From Candidatus Omnitrophota bacterium (GTDB lineage Bacteria > Omnitrophota > Gorgyraeia > 2-01-FULL-45-10), in contig JAGVGJ010000010.1 of NCBI GenBank assembly GCA_020057115.1, forward strand, positions 615-64,614: a DNA stretch of 64,000 nt, in the 5' to 3' direction. Shown here in pieces: positions 20,573-30,155 of the stretch. The position numbers and the translations under genes are program-made. The notes under the pieces were generated by a model that saw only the letters and a list, made by a program, of their open reading frames with translations, was not told the DNA's origin and made no database searches. Every line of letters begins with the position of its first letter. Within the stretch, counting starts at the first letter, position 1.

Positions 20573-21931
20573 ATGTCGGCAATAATCTCGATACTTATCT
20601 ATACATTGTTCATCTTCTACGTAACGCTATATCCTTTCGCGCTTAAGAGTTTCAGCCCCGCGGCGCTTCTCGAGAATACGTATAAACTTTTCCATCCTTC
20701 AAATATCAAATTCACCGACCTCGATATATTTGCTAATCTGGTGATCTTCGGTATTCTCGGAGGGTTGTGCGCCGTATTTTTCAGCGATTATAAAGACAGG
20801 GAAGAGACGGTTCTCGGGGCCCTCTATGTCGCTTTATATGCGTTCATGCTTAACTCTATAATAGAGATCCTCCAGGCGAGCATCCCCGGAAGGTTCTCTT
20901 CGCTCATTGACATAGGTACGAGCGTGATAGCCGCCGTATCCGGATACCTTAGCGTGGCAATTCTCAAGGATGTAGGGGTGATCAAGTTCCTTGCGGAAAG
21001 GTATAAGCCGATCCTCCGCGAGAATCCCGTCAGGTTGTTATGGACAACCATGGCTGCCGCATTCTTTATAGGCGGCACATACCCTTTCCGTCTTGTGCCG
21101 GATCTTTCATGCGCGGCGAAACGCATGGCCGGGTTCGGCACGAGCCTATTCCTGCCGGATATGCTGTCGTCAAGATTCTTTCTGGAAGGCATACCGTATC
21201 TTGTCTGGGGCGCAAGCGCCGTTGTGGCAAGCATGAAAGGGGATGGGGAGTTTTTGGGACGAGTCGTAAAAAAGACAACCCTGTCATTCGCATTGATAGT
21301 CTTTATCGAATCCTGCAAGCTCTTCATCGTGACACGGCAGCCATCCCTGCATAACATATGTGCCTATGCGTTCTGGATGTGTCTTGGCGCATGCATCGCC
21401 TATCCCTATGCGCTGAAATATAAAAGATATCCGATGCTCCGCTCAAGCGAAAATGCGAACAGGTCGATAGGGGAGTTCTTCCGGTTATGTTTTGTCCTGA
21501 CTGGGCTTCTGATTTTCCTCAAAGGGTTGCAACCGTTCAATTTTTGCATGGACGCGTCCTCGATCCGCGCTCAGATAAGCGGCGCTGAGCTCATACCTTT
21601 CCGGGCATATATAAATAATTTCAACATACTGACCATATGGGATGCGATGCAGAAGTCGGCGCTCTATTTTGCGCTCGGTTTAGAGATATTCTATTATATC
21701 CTGCACAAGCGTCTTATGCTGACGAATCGGGCCCTGGCTTATTCTGCTATCGCCTGTGGTCTGGTCGCAGCCTCGGTGACGACGCTTCAGTTGTTGGTTC
21801 CGGGCCGCTTGCCGTCGGTTTCCGATATATTGATAGCATCCGGAAGCGGTTTCGCCGGGGCTGTTTTTGCCAGGTACATATTTTTAAGCCATCAATATTT
21901 TAGTCCGCCGGTAAACGATGATAAAATTTAA
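20573..21931 (+). CDS. Multi-pass membrane protein with VanZ-like repeats
   Basis: TLYPF..D..ANL..EILQ..PGRFSSLID pattern recurring about three times. Confidence 0.7.
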   Translation: MSAIISILIYTLFIFYVTLYPFALKSFSPAALLENTYKLFHPSNIKFTDLDIFANLVIFGILGGLCAVFFSDYKDREETVLGALYVALYAFMLNSIIEILQASIPGRFSSLIDIGTSVIAAVSGYLSVAILKDVGVIKFLAERYKPILRENPVRLLWTTMAAAFFIGGTYPFRLVPDLSCAAKRMAGFGTSLFLPDMLSSRFFLEGIPYLVWGASAVVASMKGDGEFLGRVVKKTTLSFALIVFIESCKLFIVTRQPSLHNICAYAFWMCLGACIAYPYALKYKRYPMLRSSENANRSIGEFFRLCFVLTGLLIFLKGLQPFNFCMDASSIRAQISGAELIPFRAYINNFNILTIWDAMQKSALYFALGLEIFYYILHKRLMLTNRALAYSAIACGLVAASVTTLQLLVPGRLPSVSDILIASGSGFAGAVFARYIFLSHQYFSPPVNDDKI

Positions 21932-22043
21932 TATTATTATTTCAAAATATTTCTTGTAGAATATAAGATATCAGGTAAAATCAACTAAAAAGAAGCTCGC
22001 GGAATTCCTCGCGGAGAACAATGTCCTATAAAAAGGAGCCTTA

Positions 22044-22733
22044 ATGCGATCCCATCTTGTAGAGTACTTCAAGATAAACTTTGCGAGGCTCTTGATACTG
22101 ATGCTATCGATGCTCGTTATATTCATAGGGGCCGGCCGGATGGATTACTGGCAGGGATGGCTCTACATAGCGACTTCAGCGGTCCTCTTAGCGATATCTT
22201 ACGTGGTATTCCTCGAGAAGCTCGAGCTCCTGAAAGAGCGTATTAAGCCTGGACCCGGGGTCAAATGGTGGGACAGGATATTCATAGTAGCCTATATACC
22301 GGCATGCCTTGCCACTATATTCATAGCAAGCCTTGACGCGGGACGCTTCAGGTGGTCGCCGGAGCTGCCCACGATCGTTTACGTTATGAGCTCTCTTATT
22401 TACATGCTCTCCACCATCGTCAGCATGTGGGCCATGTTCAGGAACAGGTTCTATTCGAGCGCTGTCCGCATCCAGACGGACAGGGGGCACCATATTATCG
22501 ACGACGGCCCGTACCGCTACATAAGGCATCCCGGGTACCATGGAATGATCCTCTCTATCATAAGCGTGCCTTTCATCCTCGGATCGTTATGGGCCATCAT
22601 CCCGGCCGTCTTTGTAGAAAGCCTCCTCATAACGCGCGCATATCTGGAAGACAAGATGCTCCAGAAAGAGCTTGCCGGTTATGCGGAATATGCCTCGAGG
22701 GTAAAATACCGCATCCTGCCATTCGTCTGGTAG
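22044..22733 (+). CDS. Isoprenylcysteine carboxyl methyltransferase family membrane protein
   Basis: VRIQ.DRGH..IDDGPYRYIRHPGY, RAYLED..L...L.GY.EY..RVKYR. Confidence 0.9.
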   Translation: MRSHLVEYFKINFARLLILMLSMLVIFIGAGRMDYWQGWLYIATSAVLLAISYVVFLEKLELLKERIKPGPGVKWWDRIFIVAYIPACLATIFIASLDAGRFRWSPELPTIVYVMSSLIYMLSTIVSMWAMFRNRFYSSAVRIQTDRGHHIIDDGPYRYIRHPGYHGMILSIISVPFILGSLWAIIPAVFVESLLITRAYLEDKMLQKELAGYAEYASRVKYRILPFVW

Positions 22734-22760
22734 GGCAGGATACGGCGTTTTCAAGTAAAT

Positions 22761-23678
22761 ATGCCAAAAGAGATATTGAACCGCTATAGCAAGGAAGAAG
22801 AGCAGGCATTGGCTGTCAAGGTGGCCATAGCCGGATCCGCCGCGCTCTTCGTGATCGCCGCTGCGGCTGGCATTATCGCGGACTCTATAACATTGCTGCT
22901 CGACGCGGCGACGAACCTCGTCATATTAGTCACCGCCGTATTTACCCATACCTCGGTAAGAAAAGTGCACCGCCCCCCGGACCATATCTACAATTTCGGA
23001 TATACCAAATACGAGCCATTGACCATAGTGATGCAGGGCGCCCTCATAATCATGACGTGCCTTATCAGCGCGAAATTCGCCATACAGGATATGATCCATC
23101 CTGAAGACGTGGCAGGCTACGGGATCCCGGTTATAGCTGAGATAGTATCGGGCGTGATGGCGATAGCCATCACCTGGTATATAAACAGGATCGCCCATAG
23201 GACGGATTCTGCGATACTGAAGGGTTCCGTGATGCAGTGGAAGGTCGAGACGATCTTGTCATTCGGGATAGCGGCGGGTTTTCTCGCAGGGTTCGTGTTG
23301 CGCGAGCAAGGATATGCGAAGATAACTCCTTACGTAGATCCTGTAATGGCCATAATGCTTGCGCTGCTTTTAGTGCGCTCGCCGATCAAAGCCGTAGCTC
23401 ATAACATCCTCGAACTTCTGGATGCGGTGCCGGCGGAACATATCCAGGGCGCGGTGAGAAGGGTCGTGGAAAAGTACAAGCCAAGGTCATTCGGCGTCTC
23501 CAGGCTGAGGTCCCGGAAGGCCGGCAAGAAGATCTTCGTAGACGTATGTTTTATGGTGAAGAGCGACTTGACCGTCGGAGAGGTCGGAGAACTGGCGGAT
23601 AATTTTGAGAAGGACCTGAAAGAGCACCTCCCGGAGAGCGATACGGTAGTCTATTTTAAACCGAAACACGAACATTAG
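22761..23678 (+). CDS. Cation diffusion facilitator family transporter
   Basis: 6 TM; PPD..YNFGYTKYE, VDP, LLD, RSRKAG..IFVD cytoplasmic domain. Confidence 0.85.
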   Translation: MPKEILNRYSKEEEQALAVKVAIAGSAALFVIAAAAGIIADSITLLLDAATNLVILVTAVFTHTSVRKVHRPPDHIYNFGYTKYEPLTIVMQGALIIMTCLISAKFAIQDMIHPEDVAGYGIPVIAEIVSGVMAIAITWYINRIAHRTDSAILKGSVMQWKVETILSFGIAAGFLAGFVLREQGYAKITPYVDPVMAIMLALLLVRSPIKAVAHNILELLDAVPAEHIQGAVRRVVEKYKPRSFGVSRLRSRKAGKKIFVDVCFMVKSDLTVGEVGELADNFEKDLKEHLPESDTVVYFKPKHEH

Positions 23679-23690
23679 GATAACAGGAAT

Positions 23691-24449
23691 ATGAGGAGAC
23701 GTCTCTACCCGTTTTTAATATTGGCGCTGGCAGCGATCCTGGCTTCATGCGCCAGGGCGCCGGCCCGGCCGGGCTCTTATTCCGGCCCGGTCACTTATTA
23801 TTTAGAGCCGGCAGGCGCAGCATTGCGGCAGGATACAGTCCACGTCGTAGGACCGGGCGAGACGCTATGGCGCATAGCAAAGATTTACGACATACCTATT
23901 GACGATATCATGAAAGCCAATAGATTGAGCGACTCGACGAAGCTTGAGATGGGGCAGCGTCTTCTCATCCCGAACGCCTCTCCGGTGAGGCCGGTCATCT
24001 CCATATATAAGACCGATAAATGGAAATACGTCGTAATACACCACAGCGCGACAGATGAAGGCAATGCTTTGGATTTTTATAAGGCCCATCGCGGCCGCGG
24101 ATGGGATACCATAGGCTACCACTTTGTCATAGATAACGGCACCGGGGGGAAACAGGACGGCCAGATAGAGCCTACGCCGCGCTGGACGAAACAGATGGAC
24201 GGGGCGCATTGCAAGGCAGGCGGCATGAATTCCGTCGGGATCGGCATATGCCTTGTCGGGAATTTTAACGAAGACAAGGTATCGCAGAAACAGATGGACT
24301 CTTTAGTCTGTCTGGTAAACACCTTGCGGGCAAATTACAAGATATCTTCTGCCAATACGGTCGGTCATGGCAAGGTCACCGGCGCGAAGACCGATTGTCC
24401 CGGGAAAAAATTCCCGTGGAGCGAATTTTACGCCAGGATCGGACGCTAG
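23691..24449 (+). CDS. LysM + N-acetylmuramoyl-L-alanine amidase (Amidase_2) lipoprotein
   Basis: Lipobox LASC; HVVGPGETLWRIA (LysM); IHHSAT, IGYHF, GAH, IGICLVGNF, GH, TDCPG. Confidence 0.92.
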   Translation: MRRRLYPFLILALAAILASCARAPARPGSYSGPVTYYLEPAGAALRQDTVHVVGPGETLWRIAKIYDIPIDDIMKANRLSDSTKLEMGQRLLIPNASPVRPVISIYKTDKWKYVVIHHSATDEGNALDFYKAHRGRGWDTIGYHFVIDNGTGGKQDGQIEPTPRWTKQMDGAHCKAGGMNSVGIGICLVGNFNEDKVSQKQMDSLVCLVNTLRANYKISSANTVGHGKVTGAKTDCPGKKFPWSEFYARIGR

Positions 24450-24473
24450 AGAATCAGCGATGAGGAGCGGTAG

Positions 24474-25256
24474 ATGAGCGATCTGATAAAATGCGGTAAA
24501 TGCGGAAAAGAGACGAATAAGTATTCGCCTTCTTGCGAGCATTGTTTTGCGCCTTTAAAGCGGGATGATGCAAGCCAGACGAGCGAACCTGCCGAGACGA
24601 TAGAGAGTAAGGGCAAGGCTGTGCACGAAGCGTTGGAGAGATACGCTCATCCGACTAAAAGATGCCCCTTTTGCGCCGAGGAGATACAGGCCGAAGCGAT
24701 CAAGTGCAGATATTGCGGCGAGCGCATATACGACAAAAAGGCCGCCGCATCAAAAACAGGCGTATTTCTTCGGGCGGCGCTTGCGATCATCGGGATAGCT
24801 ATCGTTAGCATGCTGGCATATGCCGGATATGCCAGCATGCTCAATAAAGGCCATGCAAAGAACGGATACGATAAGAAGGTAGACCTGCCGAGCGCCGAAT
24901 TAAAAAAGGATCCGGTTAAAGCGGATTACGTAAAAAAGTACGTCGCTCTTTCCGGCACCGGGACGATCGACGAGGTAGACCCGAAATCCGCGGCCCCGAA
25001 AAAATATGTTTATGGGACCCTGAAGAATTCCGGAGATAAGCTCGTAATAAAACTTAAAGTGGCCGTCTATTATTTGGACAAGAACGGCAATATCCTCGCC
25101 GAAGGTTCGGTGTGGCCGATCTTTGGCAGCAAATCCCAGCCCGATTCGCTTAAGGCCGGCGGTTCTAAAGATTTTCAATGCCCGATAACGGATATGAATC
25201 CGGCATGGACCGGAAGGATAAAGGTCCGCGTTTCAGACATAGAATTTTTGGAATAA
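24474..25256 (+). CDS. Zinc-ribbon membrane protein
   Basis: CGKCG..CEHC and CPFCAEEI...AIKCRYCGE; one TM; C-terminal beta-rich domain (GTLKNSG..YLD). Confidence 0.8.
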   Translation: MSDLIKCGKCGKETNKYSPSCEHCFAPLKRDDASQTSEPAETIESKGKAVHEALERYAHPTKRCPFCAEEIQAEAIKCRYCGERIYDKKAAASKTGVFLRAALAIIGIAIVSMLAYAGYASMLNKGHAKNGYDKKVDLPSAELKKDPVKADYVKKYVALSGTGTIDEVDPKSAAPKKYVYGTLKNSGDKLVIKLKVAVYYLDKNGNILAEGSVWPIFGSKSQPDSLKAGGSKDFQCPITDMNPAWTGRIKVRVSDIEFLE

Positions 25257-25265
25257 CAGAATGAC

Positions 25266-26633
25266 ATGAAAATAAAGATCCGAAAAATATTATTCCCGTA
25301 CATAAAAGAGTATGATGAGGCGAAGACCGGCATCATGAGATCCCGCCTGCGCCTTTTCTGCGGCCTTACCATAGGCTTGTTCATAGGCGTGGGGATATTG
25401 GGCTTCGTTGTGGATCCTGTTTCGTATGACAATAGAGAGATATTCATAGATATCTTTCTCGTAGCGGCGGCTCTTCTGGCGATATCGGTGAGCAGGCCGG
25501 CGGCCACCCTGCTACAGGCGAAAATAGCGGCGTGGATATTCTCTCTGTCGGTCATAGCGGCCCTTACCGCGCTATTCATGATATATCCTTACTACATAAT
25601 GCAGAGTTCCGAGATATTCGCGTTAAGCGTATTTTTGATATCGTTCATAATGCCATGGGAGGTTTATGAGGTCGCGCTCACGGGCCTGTCCTTTGCGCTC
25701 GGGTATTCGGCGACATTCGCCTGGGTCGCGAAATTCGCTCCAATGGCGGAAGAGCCTATATTAAGGCCGGGCGGCTATGTGGATGGCCTGATATTTCTGG
25801 CGGTCTCTATAATTATCTGCGCCGTGATAAGGGAAAGGGACGAGGCCAGGGAGAAGGAGAACTTCCGATTATTGACGGAATTGGAGGAGAAGAACGAGCA
25901 GATGAGAATGGAACTTGCTCTTGCCAGAGATATACACAAAACCCTGATACCAAGATCGACAAAGACAGAACGGTCCGATATCGCCATTACTTACATACCG
26001 CTCTCAACGGTCGGAGGGGATTATGCCACTTTCCATACGACCAGGGACGGCTCGCTCTTCTTTTTGATCGGCGATGTCACGGGCCACGGCGTGCCGGCCG
26101 CTCTTCTCGTCAACAGGATATACGGCGAGGTCGAGAGCCTTGTGAACAAGAACCCGGAGCCCGGGCCGTTGATGAAGGAGCTGGACTCTTTCGTCCAGGA
26201 ACATTTCAGGCAGACGAACATGTACTTCAGCGTCTGTTCCGGACTTGTCGATTTCAGCAAGAAAGTGTTATACTATTCCAATTACGGCCATCCGCCTCAG
26301 ATACTGCACCGTCACGGCGACAATAATATACGCTTGCTGGAGTCGCAGACCTATTTTCTCGGCATAGACGTCGAGGGGCCGAGCTCGAAGATATTTGAAG
26401 GAAAGCTCGATTTCGGGTGCGGCGACAGGATAGTGCTGTTCACTGACGGGCTTACGGAGACAAAGGGGGAAGAGGACGAGCTGTTCGGGATGAAGAGGCT
26501 GGAGGATTTTGTCAAGATACGCGCCGGCGAGACTCCGGCAGTTTTCAATAATAGCTTGATCGAGGCGCTGAATAAATTCAGGATCGGGCCGGTCACCGAC
26601 GACATGTTCCTCGTCACGATAGATATCAAATGA
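25266..26633 (+). CDS. Membrane-bound PP2C/SpoIIE-family phosphatase
   Basis: N-terminal TMs; VGGDY, GDVTGHG, GHPP, FTDGL, DDM. Confidence 0.92.
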   Translation: MKIKIRKILFPYIKEYDEAKTGIMRSRLRLFCGLTIGLFIGVGILGFVVDPVSYDNREIFIDIFLVAAALLAISVSRPAATLLQAKIAAWIFSLSVIAALTALFMIYPYYIMQSSEIFALSVFLISFIMPWEVYEVALTGLSFALGYSATFAWVAKFAPMAEEPILRPGGYVDGLIFLAVSIIICAVIRERDEAREKENFRLLTELEEKNEQMRMELALARDIHKTLIPRSTKTERSDIAITYIPLSTVGGDYATFHTTRDGSLFFLIGDVTGHGVPAALLVNRIYGEVESLVNKNPEPGPLMKELDSFVQEHFRQTNMYFSVCSGLVDFSKKVLYYSNYGHPPQILHRHGDNNIRLLESQTYFLGIDVEGPSSKIFEGKLDFGCGDRIVLFTDGLTETKGEEDELFGMKRLEDFVKIRAGETPAVFNNSLIEALNKFRIGPVTDDMFLVTIDIK

Positions 26634-27277
26634 TCCTAAAGTTATTTTTAGCGATAGCGCTGTTATCGTCGGCATATCTTCCCGGCTGCTGCGAGGCGAA
26701 GGTCGTAGAAGAGCATGTATATCTGGTGCCTGCCGGAGACATAGAAGAGAGCTTTATAGAAAAACTGAGAGACGCGATCCCGGATTCATTGCCGATGACC
26801 GCGGATGTCGAGATCGCGCCGAGAGAGGCCCTGCCCGAGAGCGCTTATGACGCTTCGCGCAAGCAGTATGATGCAGGATCCCTCTTAAATGAGATAGAAG
26901 GCCGGCTGACCGTCGATACGAGGGTCGAGCGGTACATGGCGGTAGTCGACGTCGATCTTTACGCGCCGGACCTCAGTTTCGTTTTCGGCGCAGCCGATGC
27001 CAGGAGTGGGGTCTTGATCATATCCGTTACCCGGCTTAAGAACGAGTATTACGGCTTAAAGCCCGACGACAAGCTATTTCTTAAGAGATCCGTGAAAGAG
27101 GCCGTCCATGAACTCGGGCACGCCTGGAGGCTCAGCCATTGTCCGGACAATAAATGCGTTATGTACTTTTCCAGCAGCCTCGCGGATACGGACAGGAAGA
27201 AAGACAGATTTTGCCGAGAGTGCAGGAGCAAGCTGCGCGCCAGGTACGACAGGCCGTTGATCAACATACAGTTCTAG
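26630..27277 (+). CDS. Archaemetzincin-family Zn metalloprotease (peptidase M54) with signal peptide
   Basis: QYDA, FVFG, KEAVHELGHAWRLSHCPDNKCVM, FCREC. Confidence 0.9.
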   Translation: MILKLFLAIALLSSAYLPGCCEAKVVEEHVYLVPAGDIEESFIEKLRDAIPDSLPMTADVEIAPREALPESAYDASRKQYDAGSLLNEIEGRLTVDTRVERYMAVVDVDLYAPDLSFVFGAADARSGVLIISVTRLKNEYYGLKPDDKLFLKRSVKEAVHELGHAWRLSHCPDNKCVMYFSSSLADTDRKKDRFCRECRSKLRARYDRPLINIQF

Positions 27278-27289
27278 AGGAGCAGCTAT

Positions 27290-27784
27290 ATGAACAGGAA
27301 GAACGATCCCGTAAAAAACATAGATCGCGAGAGGAGAGAATACCCCCGTTATGATACTGAGGTGAAGATATATTTTCACCTGAAATACGATATTCAGACT
27401 CGCGTCAAGTTCAAAGTTCTTGTGAGCAACCACAAGGCCTCGGACTCGCATAAATATTCGGGATTGAGCAAGAATGTCAGCGCAGAGGGCCTCTGCTTTA
27501 TTTCGAAGAAGAAGCTGGAAAAAGGAGACCTTCTCTTTATCGAGGTGTATGAGCCTAAGGTGAAAGGCCCTGTCAAGATGGAGGGGCAGGTCCGATGGTC
27601 CAGGAAGCTTCCCGGCAAGACAAGGGCAAAAGACGCCTATTTCACAGGCGTTAGGATAATACTCGTGGACAACAAGCTCGTCTCAGATACCATTTATTTT
27701 GACAAAAAATATAAAGTGATGTGGAGCACCATCCTTGAATCCCTCTTCGGTAATTTTGCAGCTACTTTAAAGAAAGCCAAGTGA
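27290..27784 (+). CDS. PilZ domain protein
   Basis: RREYPR (RxxxR) and NVSAEG ([D/N]xSxxG), GQVRW. Confidence 0.82.
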   Translation: MNRKNDPVKNIDRERREYPRYDTEVKIYFHLKYDIQTRVKFKVLVSNHKASDSHKYSGLSKNVSAEGLCFISKKKLEKGDLLFIEVYEPKVKGPVKMEGQVRWSRKLPGKTRAKDAYFTGVRIILVDNKLVSDTIYFDKKYKVMWSTILESLFGNFAATLKKAK

Positions 27785-27841
27785 GCAATTCCGCGCACCG
27801 CCCTTTCTAATTAAAATATAAAAAAGGTGGTAACTTTTGTC

Positions 27842-27871
27842 TTGAAAGTTTAGCAAAAAGATGCTAAACTT
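27842..27871 (+). promoter_or_regulatory. Sigma70-type promoter overlapped by a perfect palindromic operator
   Basis: TTGAAA-N17-TAAACT with extended -10 TG; AAGTTTAGCA-N6-TGCTAAACTT at 27846-27871. Confidence 0.65.
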
Positions 27872-27899
27872 GGTTTGACTTAACAATAAGAAAGGGTAT

Positions 27900-28001
27900 A
27901 TGGACATTGGTAAAATGTTTACATTGATCGGATCTCTGTGGCTCTTGGTCACAGGGATTTTTATTCTCGTCAACATCAATAAGACCGTTGGCAGAGGGTA
28001 A
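27900..28001 (+). CDS. Putative 33-aa single-TM small protein
   Basis: MDIGKMFTLIGSLWLLVTGIFILVNINKTVGRG; AAGAAAGGG upstream; promoter just upstream; absent from ORF track. Confidence 0.55.
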   Translation: MDIGKMFTLIGSLWLLVTGIFILVNINKTVGRG

Positions 28002-28111
28002 TCCCGGCAAATATCTGCGGATAAAGCATTGATGCGAGTCCGCATTTACAAAAACGATCCCAGGCAGAATATGCTTGGGATTTCGTATTTTAAGAGGTAT
28101 AATCCATATAT

Positions 28112-28807
28112 ATGGATGGGATATTAGCAGTAGACAAGCCGCAGGGAATGACAAGCCACGATGTCGTAGATTTTATACGCAAGCGTTTCGGCCTTAAAAA
28201 GGTCGGGCATGCGGGGACGCTCGATCCCATGGCTACGGGCCTTCTTATTATGTTGATCGGTAAAGCCACGAAAGAGTCGAACCGGCTGATGGCGCATGAT
28301 AAAGAGTATCGCGCCGAGATGACCCTCGGCCAGAGCTCCGATACCGGAGACGCGTGGGGAAAACTCTCTGCATCTGACAACACGATCGAGGTCACGGCAA
28401 AAGAGATAGAAGAGGCCTTCAAAAAGTTTACGGGAGAGATCGAGCAGATGCCGCCCATGTATTCGGCCGTGAAACATAACGGCAAAAAACTTTATGAACT
28501 CGCCCGAAAGGGCATAAGCGTCGATGTAAAACCGAGAAAGGTCACTATCTCAAAGCTTAAGATACTTAGCATGTCGCTCCCGCAGATAGAATTCGACGTG
28601 ACTTGTTCTAAGGGCACGTATATACGCCAGCTCTGCGTGGATATCGGCGAGAGTCTGAACTGCGGCGCCCACCTTTCAAGGTTGAGAAGAACGCGTTCCG
28701 GCGATTTTTCCGTAGACCAGGCGCTCGCACTCGACGAGCTTGCCCGAATGGACTCTAGCAGCCTCGCGAGGAGACTGGAAGCCCGGGAGCCTGCGGCAGC
28801 CGTATGA
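28112..28807 (+). CDS. truB: tRNA pseudouridine(55) synthase
   Basis: DKPQGMTSHDVV, GHAGTLDPMATG, PPMYSA, CSKGTYIR. Confidence 0.97.
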   Translation: MDGILAVDKPQGMTSHDVVDFIRKRFGLKKVGHAGTLDPMATGLLIMLIGKATKESNRLMAHDKEYRAEMTLGQSSDTGDAWGKLSASDNTIEVTAKEIEEAFKKFTGEIEQMPPMYSAVKHNGKKLYELARKGISVDVKPRKVTISKLKILSMSLPQIEFDVTCSKGTYIRQLCVDIGESLNCGAHLSRLRRTRSGDFSVDQALALDELARMDSSSLARRLEAREPAAAV

Positions 28808-29742
28808 AGATAATCCACGGTTTAAAGGCGCTCGATATACCTGCAAAAGGTTCCGTTGTCACTGTCGGTGTTTTTGACGGCGTCCATGTCGGGCATAAAA
28901 AGATAATATCGCATGCTGTGGCGCGCGCCCGGGCGCTTGGTTTAAAGAGCGTCGCCGTCACATTCGACCCGCACCCGCTTAAAGTCCTATATCCCAAAGT
29001 AAAGATACCGAGCCTCATATCATTGGAGCACAGGATCCGGACCATAAGGGCCCTTGGGATAGATTATGTGGCCCTTCTTGCTTTCACCAGGGCGATGTCC
29101 CGCATCTCTCCGGAGAAGTTCGTAAAAGATATCCTCATAGGTAAGCTCGGCATGAAGGAGATATATGTAGGAGACAACTTCTTCTTCGGAAGAGGGGCCA
29201 GGGCGGGCACGAGGATGCTGGAGAAGCTTTCATCCGAGACGGATTTCAAGGCCGTCGCCTTAAAGCATGTAAAGATAAACGGCCGCATAGTAAGCTCAAG
29301 CCTTATAAGACAGCTCATAGTGAAGGGCGATCTTAAACAGGCCTCCAGGATGCTTGGAAGGCCGGTATCGATACTCGGGACAGTGGTCCACGGCGCCAAG
29401 CGCGGCAGGCTATTGGGATTTCCCACGGCTAACATAAACCCCCACCATGAGGCTATACCGCCTTCGGCGGTCTATGCGGTTACCGTAAAGCTCAACCGAA
29501 AAATCTATAAAGCGGTATTGAACATAGGCATAAGACCGACATTCCACAGGTGGTCTCATGAGCTTGAGCCTACCGTAGAAGTCCATCTATTAGGATTCAA
29601 TGAGGATATTTATGGTAAAGATATAGAGGTAATATTTATAAAGAAGATGCGCGATCAGTTCAAATTCAAGACAAAAGAAGCCCTGATGGCCCAGATACAC
29701 AAGGACGTGAAGAGGGCGAGAGCCTATTTTGGCCATTCCTGA
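28804..29742 (+). CDS. ribF: Bifunctional riboflavin kinase/FAD synthetase
   Basis: GVFDGVHVGH, TFDPHP, SSSLIR, GFPTAN, EVHL. Confidence 0.97.
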   Translation: MKIIHGLKALDIPAKGSVVTVGVFDGVHVGHKKIISHAVARARALGLKSVAVTFDPHPLKVLYPKVKIPSLISLEHRIRTIRALGIDYVALLAFTRAMSRISPEKFVKDILIGKLGMKEIYVGDNFFFGRGARAGTRMLEKLSSETDFKAVALKHVKINGRIVSSSLIRQLIVKGDLKQASRMLGRPVSILGTVVHGAKRGRLLGFPTANINPHHEAIPPSAVYAVTVKLNRKIYKAVLNIGIRPTFHRWSHELEPTVEVHLLGFNEDIYGKDIEVIFIKKMRDQFKFKTKEALMAQIHKDVKRARAYFGHS

Positions 29743-29831
29743 CATAAAAATATGTTTACAAAAAATATGTCCTGTGTTAATATCTTACAAAAGAGAGAAA
29801 ACTAAAGAGAAGATCAAGAAAGAGGTGTAAA

Positions 29832-30101
29832 TTGGCTTTAGCAAAAGAGAAGAAGACATCATTAATAGGCAGTTATAAAATAAACGAAAAAGATACGGGC
29901 TCACCCAATGTGCAGATAGCCTTGTTGACGGAGAGGATTAACTCTCTTTCAGACCACTTCAAGGCGCACAAAAAAGACCATCATTCCAGGCAGGGGTTGC
30001 TGCGCATGGTAAGCATAAGGCGCAGGCTCCTGGAGTATATAAAGCGAAAAGACCGCAAGGGTTATCAGGACCTTATCAAGAAGCTTGACCTGAGAAAATA
30101 G
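29832..30101 (+). CDS. rpsO: 30S ribosomal protein S15
   Basis: [26 protein letters not shown]; TTG start. Confidence 0.97.
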   Translation: MALAKEKKTSLIGSYKINEKDTGSPNVQIALLTERINSLSDHFKAHKKDHHSRQGLLRMVSIRRRLLEYIKRKDRKGYQDLIKKLDLRK

Positions 30102-30155
30102 TCCGCTTGAACGTTTTTTAACCGCAAAAACAACAAACCACACAAGAAAGAGAAT

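Noticed and set aside
27846-27871. CIRCE (HrcA) element
   Set aside because: Shares TTAGCA/TGCTAA but lacks the CTC/GAG arms and 9-nt spacer, and no chaperone gene follows
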